64,000 nucleotides of DNA, taken from NCBI GenBank assembly GCA_900553395.1, contig USDJ01000002.1, positions 66,525 through 130,524 on the forward strand, read 5' to 3'. The DNA is from an uncultured Mycoplasmatota bacterium. GTDB taxonomy: Bacteria > Bacillota_I > Bacilli_A > RF39 > UBA660. The position numbers and the translations under genes are program-made. The notes beneath the pieces are model-generated. The model saw only the letters and a program-made list of their open reading frames with translations. It ran no database searches and was not told the DNA's origin. Below, one piece after another: positions 27,817 to 38,028 of the stretch (its first letter is position 1; the number at the start of each line of letters is the position of its first letter).

Positions 27817-28899
27817 TTACTTTTTAAATTCTCCAGAATCAGTAATATTTTTACTACTTAATAATATTGATAAATAATTATCTATAAGTTCTGAATCTAT
27901 TGTTGGTATATTTACACCTGATTCACTTAATTTACTTCTCATGAAATTTATAATAAAACCTGGACTAACGTGTTCTACGAGGCAGCCTCTAGCATTATTA
28001 TGATCCGTAAAAAACTTAGCATCACCATGTTTTAAATAATTAAATATAGCTATTTTTGTATTTTCTGGATTAACCATACTAGTCTCAATAACTGCCTGCT
28101 CAAAATAAAATCTAGGGTCTTCTATTCTTTTTCTATCACTTGAATATTTATCAGTTAATTTAATCCTAGCATGCATAATAAAATCTTCAAATTTAAAGTC
28201 TTTAGAAGTTGAACTAGCAATAAGTAAACAAAGATCCTTTAAATCTCCTTCTTCAAGCGATACGGCATAATCTAATACAAATTTATTAAATTCACTTAAT
28301 GATACTAAGTCAAGTTTATTATCTTTTTTTAATGAATTAATAAATTTTTGTATTAACATAGACAAAGTAGAATTAAAAGAATAATTATTATCTATAGCAA
28401 ATCCTATACCATTAAAATTTGGAACAAATGGATTAGGCTTTATAAGACCCGAATTAAAATTAGGACTTCCAAATATATAATCACAAACTTTAAAAGCATC
28501 TTCTAAATTATTTACTCTAAGACATACGTTATCATTTCTTAAATATCTTGAGACTTTAAGTTGATAAGAAACATTATTTAAATCTAAGAAATTTAACAGT
28601 TCATTTACACAATTATAAATAAAATTAAAGTCAATTGGTATATAAAGTTTTATTTCATTGCCACTTATTTTACCATTATCAAATCCAATAAAATTAGGAT
28701 TATTTGAATCAAAAAATGAATTACTACGGGACTTACTCCACAAATCAAATAGAGTGCTGATATCGCCAAATTTATATATACCCATAGTAACTAATTTGGG
28801 GTATACAAACTTTTCTCTTGATAATTCCAAATCAGGACTTTGGATTGCAGCAAACTTCATATCCTGTAAAAAATTCTCCATGCTTTCATATCTATCCAT
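27817..28899 (-). CDS. Hypothetical cytoplasmic protein (360 aa) with no recognisable motif
   Basis: Clean ORF with no TM and coding-like composition, inserted between rlmN and PFOR. Confidence 0.45.
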   Translation of the reverse strand: MDRYESMENFLQDMKFAAIQSPDLELSREKFVYPKLVTMGIYKFGDISTLFDLWSKSRSNSFFDSNNPNFIGFDNGKISGNEIKLYIPIDFNFIYNCVNELLNFLDLNNVSYQLKVSRYLRNDNVCLRVNNLEDAFKVCDYIFGSPNFNSGLIKPNPFVPNFNGIGFAIDNNYSFNSTLSMLIQKFINSLKKDNKLDLVSLSEFNKFVLDYAVSLEEGDLKDLCLLIASSTSKDFKFEDFIMHARIKLTDKYSSDRKRIEDPRFYFEQAVIETSMVNPENTKIAIFNYLKHGDAKFFTDHNNARGCLVEHVSPGFIINFMRSKLSESGVNIPTIDSELIDNYLSILLSSKNITDSGEFKK

Positions 28900-28963
28900 A
28901 TTTTTACCTCAGAATAATTATATCAACTAAAGCAATTTTATTCAATAGAAAAGACTAACTAAG

Positions 28964-31900
28964 TTAGTCCTCTAAAGCTTTATAATACTCATATCTTTCT
29001 TTAGCATTTTCTTTATTTTCTTTAAGTAATTCCCTAGCATTTTCTTTATTTACTTTAGGTAACATAGAATATCTAGTTTGACTATCTAAAAATTCATCAT
29101 ATAAATCAAAATCTACATTTTTACTATCAAGTTTAAATCCATCTTTAGGACTTCTTCTAAACGTTAGAAAATATCCACATTTAGTGGCAAGTTTTTCAAT
29201 GTTTATAGAGTTTCCCATACCACCTTTAATTCCGTGTGAAATACAAGGTGAGTAAGCTATTACTATGCTAGGTCCATTATGTAGACTTGCCTCTTTTAAT
29301 GCATTTATCACTTGCATCATATTAGATCCAAGTGAAACTTGGGCAACATATACATTTTTATAGCTCATAGCTATTCTTGCTAAATCTTTTTTAGCAGTAG
29401 TTTTTCCACTAGTAGCAAAAGAAGCTATTGAACCTATATCACTACTCTTACTTGCTTGACCTCCAGTATTAGAATAAACTTGGGTATCAAGTACTAATAT
29501 ATTTATGTTTTGATTACTTGCTAAAATATGATCTATTCCAGAAAATCCTATATCATAAGCCCATCCATCTCCACCTACTACCCAGTATGTTCTAGATGGA
29601 ATAAAGTCTTTTAAATCCTTTAATTCTTCTGGAATATTGTCATCTAAATTGTCATATACCTTTTTAGTTATCTCATAATCATCATAATTATCTAACCATT
29701 GCTTAAATAATAGAGAATTTGAATTATCCATATTTTGCTCCATTATATTTTTTATTTTTAATCTAATAAAATTATTAGCATTTAACATACCAAATCCATA
29801 TTCAGCATTATCTTCAAACAATGAGCTTGCCCAAGGAATACTATAAGGGGTTGAAGGAGCACTACCACCATATATAGAAGAACATCCTGTAGCGTTTGAT
29901 ATAAGAATATTATCTTTAAAAAGTTGAGTAAGAAGCTTAATATATGGAGTTTCTCCACATCCAGCACAAGCACCACAATATTTAAATCCTGGACTAATAA
30001 ATTGGCTTCCTTTTATAGAAAATTTATCAGTTAATTTTTTATCTTTGATATTTCTTTCCAAATACTCAAATATATTATTTTCTTCTTCTCTCAATTCTTT
30101 GCTTAGTGATTTAAAAGTTAAAGCCTTTTCACCTTTTAATCCAGGACAAGTATTTATGCAAAGTCCACAACCAGTACAATTATTAACAGATATACCAATA
30201 GTAAAATAATAGTCTTTATCTGCAATAGATTTTTTACATCTATTTTGAATAATACTTGGTGCATTATTATATTCATCTTCACTAAGTAAAAATGGTCTTA
30301 TAACAGAATGTGGACATACCATAGAACAGAAATTACAACTTATACAATTAGAATTTATATAAAACGGAACTATATCGCTTATAGAATTGCTCTCTAAAAT
30401 TGATGGTTTAAATACTCCACTTGGCATTTGTAAAAAGCTTGAAGTAGGTATATTATTTCCTTCTCTTTTAAACATTGCTTCATATAAATCATATTTATTA
30501 TCCTTAACTTCTTCTATAGATCTATAAATCTTCAACTCACGAATTAATTTTTCTGTCATATTAAGTGCTTCAATGTTAGCATTTACTATATCTTCTCCCT
30601 TTTTAGAGAATTTATCCTTTATATATTCAACTAATTTTTCATATGCTACTTTTGAATCTATAAGATTTGTTAAATATAATATAGCATACTCCATAATCAT
30701 ACTAATCTTTCCTGAAAGTCCTACCCTATCAGCTATAAGTGACGCATTCACTACATATAACTTTACATTTTTTTCTAATAAGAGATTGGTAAGCTTTGCA
30801 GAAAAACTATCTACAAGTTCTCTATCAGATTTATTGGAGTTTATAATTAATATAGAATTTTCTGATATATTATTAAGAAGCTCAAATGAACTAAAATAAC
30901 TATCCTTAGATACTACAACAATATCTGGATTCTCAACATAATAAGTAGATAAAATCTCTTTATCACTTATTCTTAAGTGTGAAACTGTTACTCCACCACT
31001 TTTCTTAGAATCATATTGAAAATAGCCTTGAACATAATTATTAGTATTATCTCCTATAAGTTTTATTATAGATTTTGATGCACTTACCATTCCATCTGAA
31101 CCATAACCATATATTAGTATTTCTTTACTATTTTTTATTTTTAATTCTTTTATAGGTAAGCTTAGATTTGTAACATCATCCGTTATACCTATAGTAAAGT
31201 TATTTACAGGATTATCTAGCATATCATATACAGCCTTTATCTGGCTTGGAGTAGTATTCTTGCTAGAAAGACCATATCTCCCACCTACTATACTGATGTT
31301 TTTATCTTTAAGCGCTGATAAAACGTCTAAATAAAGTGGCTCTCCTGGTGCTCCAAACTCTTTAGTTCTATCAAGTACAGCTATTTTAGTTGTGCTTAAT
31401 GGAAGTACATCTAATAAATATTTAGCACTAAAAGGTCTATATAAATGAACCTCAACTAAACCTAGTTCAGAATCAATATTATCTATAGTTTCTTTTATGG
31501 TACTACAAACAGATCCCATAGCAATTATTACTTTTTTAGCATTTTTACTTCCATAATAATTAAATGGTTTATAATTCATTCCTGTTATATGATTTATCTT
31601 TTCCATATAGTTATTTACTACATCTGGAACATTATCATAAAATTTATTTCTAACTTCAGTAGCCTGAAAATATACATCATCATTTTGAGCAGTTCCTCTT
31701 GTGTTAGGTTTAAGTGGATTCAAAGCATTATTTCTAAACTTACTTAAAGATTCTTTATTTATTAAATCTTTAATATCTGATTGTTCAAGAATCTTTATTT
31801 TATTTATCTCGTGACTTGTTCTAAATCCATCAAAAAAATGTAAAAAAGGTAAACTTAGATCAATCGCAGAAAGATGCGCTATAGCACTCATTATATTAGC

Positions 31901-32338
31901 ATCTTGTACACTAGAGGATGCTAAATAACAAAAACCAGTTTGTCTTGTAGCATATATATCTTGATGATCTCCAAAAATACTTAATGCGTGCGTAGATAGT
32001 GATCTGGCGGCAACATGCATAACACAGGGTAACATTTCACCTGCTATTTTATACATATTTGGAATCATAAGTAACAATCCTTGACTAGCTGTATAAGTAG
32101 TGGCAAGTGCTCCATTTTGTAAAGCACCGTGAACAAATCCAATAGCACCTGCTTCACTTTGCATTTCAACTACTTTAGCCTTTTCATTAAATATATTTAA
32201 GACTCCTTTTGAACTCCATTCGTCAATGTGCTCTGCCATTGGACTTGAAGGAGTTATCGGATAAATTCCGGCTAATTCAGTAAACATATAAGATGAAGCA
32301 GCACATGCTTCATTTCCATCCATAGTTTTTATTTTCAT
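28964..32338 (-). CDS. nifJ: Pyruvate:ferredoxin (flavodoxin) oxidoreductase, single-polypeptide PFOR
   Basis: 1124 aa; TPP-binding GGDGW and two ferredoxin-type CxxCxxCxxxCP motifs (CISCNFCSMVCP, CTGCGLCINTCP). Confidence 0.9.
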   Translation of the reverse strand: MKIKTMDGNEACAASSYMFTELAGIYPITPSSPMAEHIDEWSSKGVLNIFNEKAKVVEMQSEAGAIGFVHGALQNGALATTYTASQGLLLMIPNMYKIAGEMLPCVMHVAARSLSTHALSIFGDHQDIYATRQTGFCYLASSSVQDANIMSAIAHLSAIDLSLPFLHFFDGFRTSHEINKIKILEQSDIKDLINKESLSKFRNNALNPLKPNTRGTAQNDDVYFQATEVRNKFYDNVPDVVNNYMEKINHITGMNYKPFNYYGSKNAKKVIIAMGSVCSTIKETIDNIDSELGLVEVHLYRPFSAKYLLDVLPLSTTKIAVLDRTKEFGAPGEPLYLDVLSALKDKNISIVGGRYGLSSKNTTPSQIKAVYDMLDNPVNNFTIGITDDVTNLSLPIKELKIKNSKEILIYGYGSDGMVSASKSIIKLIGDNTNNYVQGYFQYDSKKSGGVTVSHLRISDKEILSTYYVENPDIVVVSKDSYFSSFELLNNISENSILIINSNKSDRELVDSFSAKLTNLLLEKNVKLYVVNASLIADRVGLSGKISMIMEYAILYLTNLIDSKVAYEKLVEYIKDKFSKKGEDIVNANIEALNMTEKLIRELKIYRSIEEVKDNKYDLYEAMFKREGNNIPTSSFLQMPSGVFKPSILESNSISDIVPFYINSNCISCNFCSMVCPHSVIRPFLLSEDEYNNAPSIIQNRCKKSIADKDYYFTIGISVNNCTGCGLCINTCPGLKGEKALTFKSLSKELREEENNIFEYLERNIKDKKLTDKFSIKGSQFISPGFKYCGACAGCGETPYIKLLTQLFKDNILISNATGCSSIYGGSAPSTPYSIPWASSLFEDNAEYGFGMLNANNFIRLKIKNIMEQNMDNSNSLLFKQWLDNYDDYEITKKVYDNLDDNIPEELKDLKDFIPSRTYWVVGGDGWAYDIGFSGIDHILASNQNINILVLDTQVYSNTGGQASKSSDIGSIASFATSGKTTAKKDLARIAMSYKNVYVAQVSLGSNMMQVINALKEASLHNGPSIVIAYSPCISHGIKGGMGNSINIEKLATKCGYFLTFRRSPKDGFKLDSKNVDFDLYDEFLDSQTRYSMLPKVNKENARELLKENKENAKERYEYYKALED

Positions 32339-32423
32339 AGTATCATCCCTTTAATAATATGGTATTAACATTATTTTAGCACATTTAAATTTATTAATCA
32401 AAATAAAATTTATAATTAACTAA

Positions 32424-32453
32424 GAACAAAAAAAAGATTATGGAAAATCTTTT
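32424..32453 (-). terminator. Rho-independent terminator immediately after the pilin-LRR gene stop
   Basis: aaaagatt-ttccat-aatctttt hairpin followed by eight T on the minus strand. Confidence 0.55.
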
Positions 32454-34162
32454 TAATTTTCAAATACTATATTTGAATCGCTATAGCCTGTGGCCCAACC
32501 AAATACATTAGTTCCAAAGCTAGTAAAATCAGATTTTGAACTTTTTCCTTTTATCACTACACTAGTAAGTTTATTTTTCAAAAATGCTTCTTTATCTATT
32601 GTTTTAACACTTGATGGAATTTCTACGCTTGTTAATTTATTGCTATAAAATGCATATTGACCTATTGTTGTTACACTAGATGGAATCGTTATACTTGACA
32701 ATTGATTATGTATAAATAAACTACTACTTATTGTAGTTAAACTAGATGGAATCGTTATACTTGTTAGTGAATTTTGATTAAATGCACCTTCACCTATACT
32801 AGTTATAGTATTAGGAAGTGTTATACTAGTTATACTATTTCTAGAAAAAGCATATGTACCTATTGTAGTAACATTACTAGGTAATGTTATATTACTTCTT
32901 TTTGCACCACCATAACTGACTATTGTTTTATTATCTATACTACCATCACTATTTCTCTTATATATAAAAGCCAAATCATCTGGTAATTTATTATTATTAA
33001 AAGATTCCTTTTCTATACTTGTTACACTAGATGCTATTTCTAAGCTTGTTAACTGATTATTTAGGAAAGATCCTCTTCCTATACTAGTAACTCCATTTTC
33101 AATTTTTAAGGTTTCTATTTTATTATTATAAAATGAATAATTAGAGATTTTTTTTATATTTCCTGGAATAGTTACACTTTTAAGCAAATTATCTGATAAA
33201 GCATATATACCCATACTAGTAACACTACTTGGTATTTCAATACTTGTTAATTTGTTATTTCTAAGCATATAAGAATTTATAATTTTTAAATTACTTGGTA
33301 AAGTTATACTAGTAAGATAGTTATTCAAAAATGCTTTACTACCAATATTAGTTATAGTATTAGGTAACTTTATACTTGTTATTTTTTGCGCTTCAAATGC
33401 ACTATTACTTATACTAACAACATTTTTATTATTAAACGTGCTAGGTATTATTACATCATAAAATTCTTTTGTTCCCGTATCTCCACACGTATATTTTACT
33501 ATTTCTATTCCAGCTTTAGTTTCTTTTACATCAAAGCATCTTCTTGGTGTATATATTTCTTCTGGATCTACTTCGTCTGCTATTAAATTTTCATTTTTAT
33601 CATTTATTGGTTTATATGTAACAGTGTATTCTTTACCACCTTTTTCCATAGATCCCTTTATCTTAGTATTATCAGGTTTATAGTATTTTACATCTGGAGA
33701 TTGTATTTCAAATTTTTCATCTATTCCAAATGTACCTTCGTATGTTAAAGAAGCCTCACCCAAATCTTTATTAGAGTATACATAATTTATAACCAGCTTA
33801 TACATATTCGTATACTCTTTTTTACCTATATATAAACTATATCCTTTAACTATACCGTTAACTATAGAAAGTCTTCCACTTTCTATCTTATTATCCTCAA
33901 TAGATACTTTCAGTTGTTCACCATCACAAATAATTATACTATTAGAACTTACTGTACAGCTTTCGGGATCGAATTCATCTTCTAAATTTTTATTCGCTAA
34001 AGTTTTTTCCACTGCATCTATATAAAATTCCACACTTCTTTGATTAGCTTGTTCATTAGAATTATTTATTATTCCTATAACAGCCGGAATAGTTATTAAA
34101 GCTATAATTGCTAATATTATTATTACAGCTAAAAGTTCTATTAAAGTAAATCCTCTTTTCAT
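32453..34162 (-). CDS. Prepilin-type N-terminal cleavage/methylation domain protein fused to a BspA-type leucine-rich repeat domain (pilin-LRR fusion)
   Basis: Class III signal peptide KRGFTLIELLAVIIILAIIALITIP (Gly-Phe cleavage site, Glu+5), a pilin-like head domain and about 12 BspA/LRR_5 repeats (LTSI.IPSSVTSIG..AF..N.). The C-terminal 30 aa are conserved with the paralog at 43403..44827. The GGTGG SD lies 5 nt before the ATG. Confidence 0.75.
   Translation of the reverse strand: MKRGFTLIELLAVIIILAIIALITIPAVIGIINNSNEQANQRSVEFYIDAVEKTLANKNLEDEFDPESCTVSSNSIIICDGEQLKVSIEDNKIESGRLSIVNGIVKGYSLYIGKKEYTNMYKLVINYVYSNKDLGEASLTYEGTFGIDEKFEIQSPDVKYYKPDNTKIKGSMEKGGKEYTVTYKPINDKNENLIADEVDPEEIYTPRRCFDVKETKAGIEIVKYTCGDTGTKEFYDVIIPSTFNNKNVVSISNSAFEAQKITSIKLPNTITNIGSKAFLNNYLTSITLPSNLKIINSYMLRNNKLTSIEIPSSVTSMGIYALSDNLLKSVTIPGNIKKISNYSFYNNKIETLKIENGVTSIGRGSFLNNQLTSLEIASSVTSIEKESFNNNKLPDDLAFIYKRNSDGSIDNKTIVSYGGAKRSNITLPSNVTTIGTYAFSRNSITSITLPNTITSIGEGAFNQNSLTSITIPSSLTTISSSLFIHNQLSSITIPSSVTTIGQYAFYSNKLTSVEIPSSVKTIDKEAFLKNKLTSVVIKGKSSKSDFTSFGTNVFGWATGYSDSNIVFEN
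32540..33410 (-). repeat. Internal tandem coding repeats (about 66-69 nt units) encoding the BspA-type LRR array
   Basis: Recurrent LTSI(E/T)IPSSVTSIG..AF units in the translation. Confidence 0.55.
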
Positions 34163-34220
34163 ATAACCACCATTCTATTAACTACTTCAGTATACAAAAA
34201 AGATTGGCCGAAGTCAATCA

Positions 34221-34979
34221 CTATCTTACTTTATGATAATCAAGTCTAAGCTTATCTGCAACTGTTACTATGAATTCTGAATTAGTTGGCTTAGCTCTAT
34301 CTATATCTACACTATTACCAAATATTTCTTCCATAAGATCCCAATTACCTCTGTTCCAACTAACTTCTATAGCATGTCTTATAGCTCTTTCAACTCTTGA
34401 CACAGTAGTATCAAATTTTGAAGCAAGTTCAGGATATAATTCTTTAGTTATTCCACCTATCATTTCAGGATTTTCAAATATCATATGCACTCCATCTCTT
34501 ATATATTGATATCCTTTTATATGTGAAGGTATTCCAAGTTCGTGTAATATCTTAGTTATTGATATCTGAAGATTATTATAGTGTAAATCTATATTTTTGC
34601 CTTCCTTTTTCTTGTTACACATATCAAGTATTCTTTTTTCTAAATCATCAAAATCAAAAGGTTTTAACAAATAATAATTTACTCCATAATCAGATACTTC
34701 TCTAATTACTTCTGCAGTATTATAGCTTGTAGCAACTATTACTTTTTTGTTTAAGTTTTTCTTTTTCATTTGCTCAAGTACATATAAACCATCTTTGTTT
34801 GGCATTATTAAATCTAATACTATTAAATCATAGTTTTCTTTTTCTACTGCTTCTATTCCTTCTAACCCATCGTGTGCTTCACTAGAAATAGTTATTAATT
34901 TACTACTTTTGAAATACTCTTTTACTGCTTCGATTAACTGCACATTGTCATCTATCATAAGAACTTTAATCTTGTCCAT
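34221..34979 (-). CDS. spo0A: Sporulation master response regulator Spo0A
   Basis: REC domain (D-D...D54-like LDLIMP...K) plus the Spo0A-specific C-terminal DNA-binding domain (TTVSRVERAIRHAIEVSWNRG...KPTNSEFI..VADKLRL). Confidence 0.9.
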   Translation of the reverse strand: MDKIKVLMIDDNVQLIEAVKEYFKSSKLITISSEAHDGLEGIEAVEKENYDLIVLDLIMPNKDGLYVLEQMKKKNLNKKVIVATSYNTAEVIREVSDYGVNYYLLKPFDFDDLEKRILDMCNKKKEGKNIDLHYNNLQISITKILHELGIPSHIKGYQYIRDGVHMIFENPEMIGGITKELYPELASKFDTTVSRVERAIRHAIEVSWNRGNWDLMEEIFGNSVDIDRAKPTNSEFIVTVADKLRLDYHKVR

Positions 34980-35061
34980 AATATACCTCTTTTCTATTAT
35001 TGATTATACTACATACAACTTAAAGCTTCTAGAGTTTATTTTATCTAGTTTTGTCACACTT

Positions 35062-35068
35062 TGTCGAA
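35062..35068 (+). promoter_or_regulatory. Candidate 0A box (TGTCGAA) in the spo0A upstream region
   Basis: Exact match to the Spo0A-binding consensus TGTCGAA, 83 nt upstream of the spo0A start and adjacent to TGTCACA. Confidence 0.3.
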
Positions 35069-35086
35069 TTATTTAGAATTATGCAA

Positions 35087-35800
35087 TCAAGAAATTTTAT
35101 CGATAATTTCTACAAATTGATTTGGATTTATACTTGCAGATCCAATTAAAAATCCATCTAATTCTTCTAATTTATTTAAAGCTAAAATATTTTTCTCATT
35201 TATACTACCACCATATAATACTTTAACATTTTGGTTATATAATTCAAATACTAATTCTTTTATATAATGTATAGTTTTTACTATTTCATTTAAATCTGGA
35301 ACATTATTAGTTCCAATAGCCCAAACAGGCTCATATGCTATTATTACGTTAGATAGTTCACTAACACCTACTAGTGCATCTCTTATTTGCCTTTTTATGA
35401 TAACATCCTTTTTTAATAAATTATATTCTTCTTTAGTTTCCCCAACGCATAATATAACTTTTAATTTATGCTTAAGACAAGTTTTGATCTTTTTATTTAT
35501 ATCTATATCAGTTTCTTTAAGCTTAATTCTTCTTTCACTATGGCCAACAATTGAATATTTTACTCCTATGCTAGCAAGTTGCAAGGCTGAAACTTCACCC
35601 GTAAAACCGCCATCTTCTGATGCGCAAACATTTTGACTGCCAACCTTAAAAGAATAGTTCAGAAAATAAGGAATATAAATATAACTTGGGCAAATTACTA
35701 AGTTTTTATTGTTTATTTCTTTAAATATATTTATATAATTTGCAATTTCACCAAATTGCATATTCATCTTTATATTTCCAACAATTAATTTATTCGCCAT
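35087..35800 (-). CDS. tpiA: Triosephosphate isomerase
   Basis: GNIKMN, VGHSERR and AYEPVWAIGT motifs. Confidence 0.85.
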   Translation of the reverse strand: MANKLIVGNIKMNMQFGEIANYINIFKEINNKNLVICPSYIYIPYFLNYSFKVGSQNVCASEDGGFTGEVSALQLASIGVKYSIVGHSERRIKLKETDIDINKKIKTCLKHKLKVILCVGETKEEYNLLKKDVIIKRQIRDALVGVSELSNVIIAYEPVWAIGTNNVPDLNEIVKTIHYIKELVFELYNQNVKVLYGGSINEKNILALNKLEELDGFLIGSASINPNQFVEIIDKIS

Positions 35801-37031
35801 GAAGTCCTCTTTTTATTGTAGTCTTTAATCTAGAAACAAAAGATTTATCTTTTTTAAGAGGTCTACCCTTAAGAGCTAATTTATATACGTGTAATACTCT
35901 TTCTGCAAAGTACTTAGAAGAATAAGTCTCAGCATTTATTCTTCCTTGACTACCCATATTTTCTCTTTTAGCCTTATCTAATAATATTTCAGACATCTTA
36001 CTTATATATTCTTTTTTATCTTTAAAAAGTGAACCTGTAAGAGAATCTATAACTGTATTTCTAAAAGCTTCATCGTCCAAAGCTACTACAGGTAATGATG
36101 CTGCCATAGCTTCTATAACAGTTAATCCTTGGGTTTCTGTATGAGAAGCTGTTACAAATATATCAGCTATATTGTAATAAGTTGGTACATCATCCCAAGG
36201 AACTTTCCCCGTGAATACAACATTTGAATCTATTTTATTTTTATGTACTAAAGCCTTATATTCTTCTAAATCCGGCCCATCTCCAACTATTAATAGCTTA
36301 CAATTTTTATTTTTCTTCATAAGCCCCTTATGATTATTTATAAGAAATTCTACACTTTTTTCAGATGCTATTCTACCTACAAACAACACTATTATGTCAT
36401 CTTTATTAAAACCCAAACTTTCTTTTAATTTTACAGTTTTCTCTTTATCTATGTTTTCAGAATAAAATCTATCTATTTCTATTCCAGTAGGAATAATGTG
36501 TACATTTCTATCATATTTATATTTTTCTTTAAATAAATCATAAGTTTTTTTTGTAGGAACTATTAACTCCTTTATTGTTTTATCACAATAAAATTTAGTT
36601 AAATACTCTACTATTTTTTTACTTGGACCATCAAAATATCCCTTAGTAATATAATGCACATAATCCTCATACATAGTATGATAAGTATGAACTATAGGTA
36701 TATCAAGTTGATGTCCTATAACTCTTGCAAATGTACCTATACCAAATTCAGTATGAGTATGTATTACATCTAAATTCCACTCTTTTATTTTATTAACAGC
36801 CTTGATAGGATAAAAAGTCGTTAATCTATAATCATATATACCAACAGGAATACCAGGTATTCTTATTATTCTACCGTTATCTTCAAATTGATATTTCATA
36901 TTTTCTGGATTAACAGTTACTATAAATACTTTATGTCCTTTTTTTCTAAGCGCATTCTCAAGCATCTTTATACTTGTAGATACACCATTTATAAATGGTG
37001 GATATGTATCAGTAAATATACCAATTCTCAA
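35790..37031 (-). CDS. GT4 family glycosyltransferase (glycolipid synthase-like)
   Basis: MRIGIFTDTYPPFINGVS N-terminus and E-x7-E GT-B motif region (ETQGLTVIEAMAASLPVV). Confidence 0.75.
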   Translation of the reverse strand: MRIGIFTDTYPPFINGVSTSIKMLENALRKKGHKVFIVTVNPENMKYQFEDNGRIIRIPGIPVGIYDYRLTTFYPIKAVNKIKEWNLDVIHTHTEFGIGTFARVIGHQLDIPIVHTYHTMYEDYVHYITKGYFDGPSKKIVEYLTKFYCDKTIKELIVPTKKTYDLFKEKYKYDRNVHIIPTGIEIDRFYSENIDKEKTVKLKESLGFNKDDIIVLFVGRIASEKSVEFLINNHKGLMKKNKNCKLLIVGDGPDLEEYKALVHKNKIDSNVVFTGKVPWDDVPTYYNIADIFVTASHTETQGLTVIEAMAASLPVVALDDEAFRNTVIDSLTGSLFKDKKEYISKMSEILLDKAKRENMGSQGRINAETYSSKYFAERVLHVYKLALKGRPLKKDKSFVSRLKTTIKRGLHGE

Positions 37032-38027
37032 TTATTTCACCTTCTTTATATTAAGAGCTATAGCCCCTACTATCATACCAAAATAGTATGTAATAAATCT
37101 CCAAACTAGCATCATAGCTGATAGTGTTGCACCAGAGCAAAAATTACCATAAAATTTAATAAATCCATACTCAAGTCCGCCAGTTCCTCCTGGAATTGGA
37201 ACAAATGAACCTATAATCATAATGTATGCACTAGTAACAATCGCAACACCTGGTAAAAATTTATATTCTCCCATAGCTAGAAGTACAAAAAATGGTATTA
37301 AGTAAAGACAAGAAAGCGCTAAAAAATTATAAACTATATTTAACACAAACATTTTTTTATCTTTTAAAAGTATTTTAGCACCTTTATGAAATTTAGATAT
37401 ATTTAAATCCCATTTTTTTAGTTTTTCTTCTTTATTTTTTACTATATGTAATTTAGTCAATAAATTAATACTTAAACCTATTAACTTTTTATTTATCTTA
37501 GGGCAGAATGCTACCATAAACATAATAACTATTACTAAAGTATTCATTAAAAATCCTAGCGCTATTAATTTTTGTAGCAAATATACTTTAGAAAATATAT
37601 GAAATATATTATTACTTAAAAGTGCTATAAGCCCTAAAACAACGAGTGCTATTTGATATACAATAAAGTTTTCTAAAACCACACTAGTTGAATTAGCATA
37701 GTCTATTCCACATTGCTTTAAAAAATAAATCTGATATGGTTGTCCTCCTGTTGCAAATGGAGTTACAGCATTGAAAAATTGAGTTCTAAGTACAAGATAA
37801 AATGCACTTTTGAATTTAAAGTCAGGGTTTATTTTTTTACAAAAAGAATACATAGGATATGTCCTAAATATCCAAAAAGTAAAAAGCAAAACAAACGAAA
37901 TTAACAAATACCATATATTCATACTTAATATTTGATTAATGGTGGCATTAAAATTATCTTTTAAAGAAAAATATAATACTAACCCAGTTATTGCAATAAG
38001 AAGAAATATATTTAGTTTCTTTTTCAT
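37032..38027 (-). CDS. Flippase-like membrane protein (lysylphosphatidylglycerol-synthase TM-domain/UPF0104 family)
   Basis: Eight-TM protein 1 nt downstream of the GT4 gene; this pairing is typical of glycolipid synthesis/translocation loci. Confidence 0.5.
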   Translation of the reverse strand: MKKKLNIFLLIAITGLVLYFSLKDNFNATINQILSMNIWYLLISFVLLFTFWIFRTYPMYSFCKKINPDFKFKSAFYLVLRTQFFNAVTPFATGGQPYQIYFLKQCGIDYANSTSVVLENFIVYQIALVVLGLIALLSNNIFHIFSKVYLLQKLIALGFLMNTLVIVIMFMVAFCPKINKKLIGLSINLLTKLHIVKNKEEKLKKWDLNISKFHKGAKILLKDKKMFVLNIVYNFLALSCLYLIPFFVLLAMGEYKFLPGVAIVTSAYIMIIGSFVPIPGGTGGLEYGFIKFYGNFCSGATLSAMMLVWRFITYYFGMIVGAIALNIKKVK

Positions 38028-38028
38028 A

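Noticed and set aside
32540-33410. Periodic DNA repeats that could be mistaken for a CRISPR-like or satellite array
   Set aside because: The periodicity is coding (66-69 nt LRR units inside a long ORF). The units are degenerate, with no spacer/repeat alternation.
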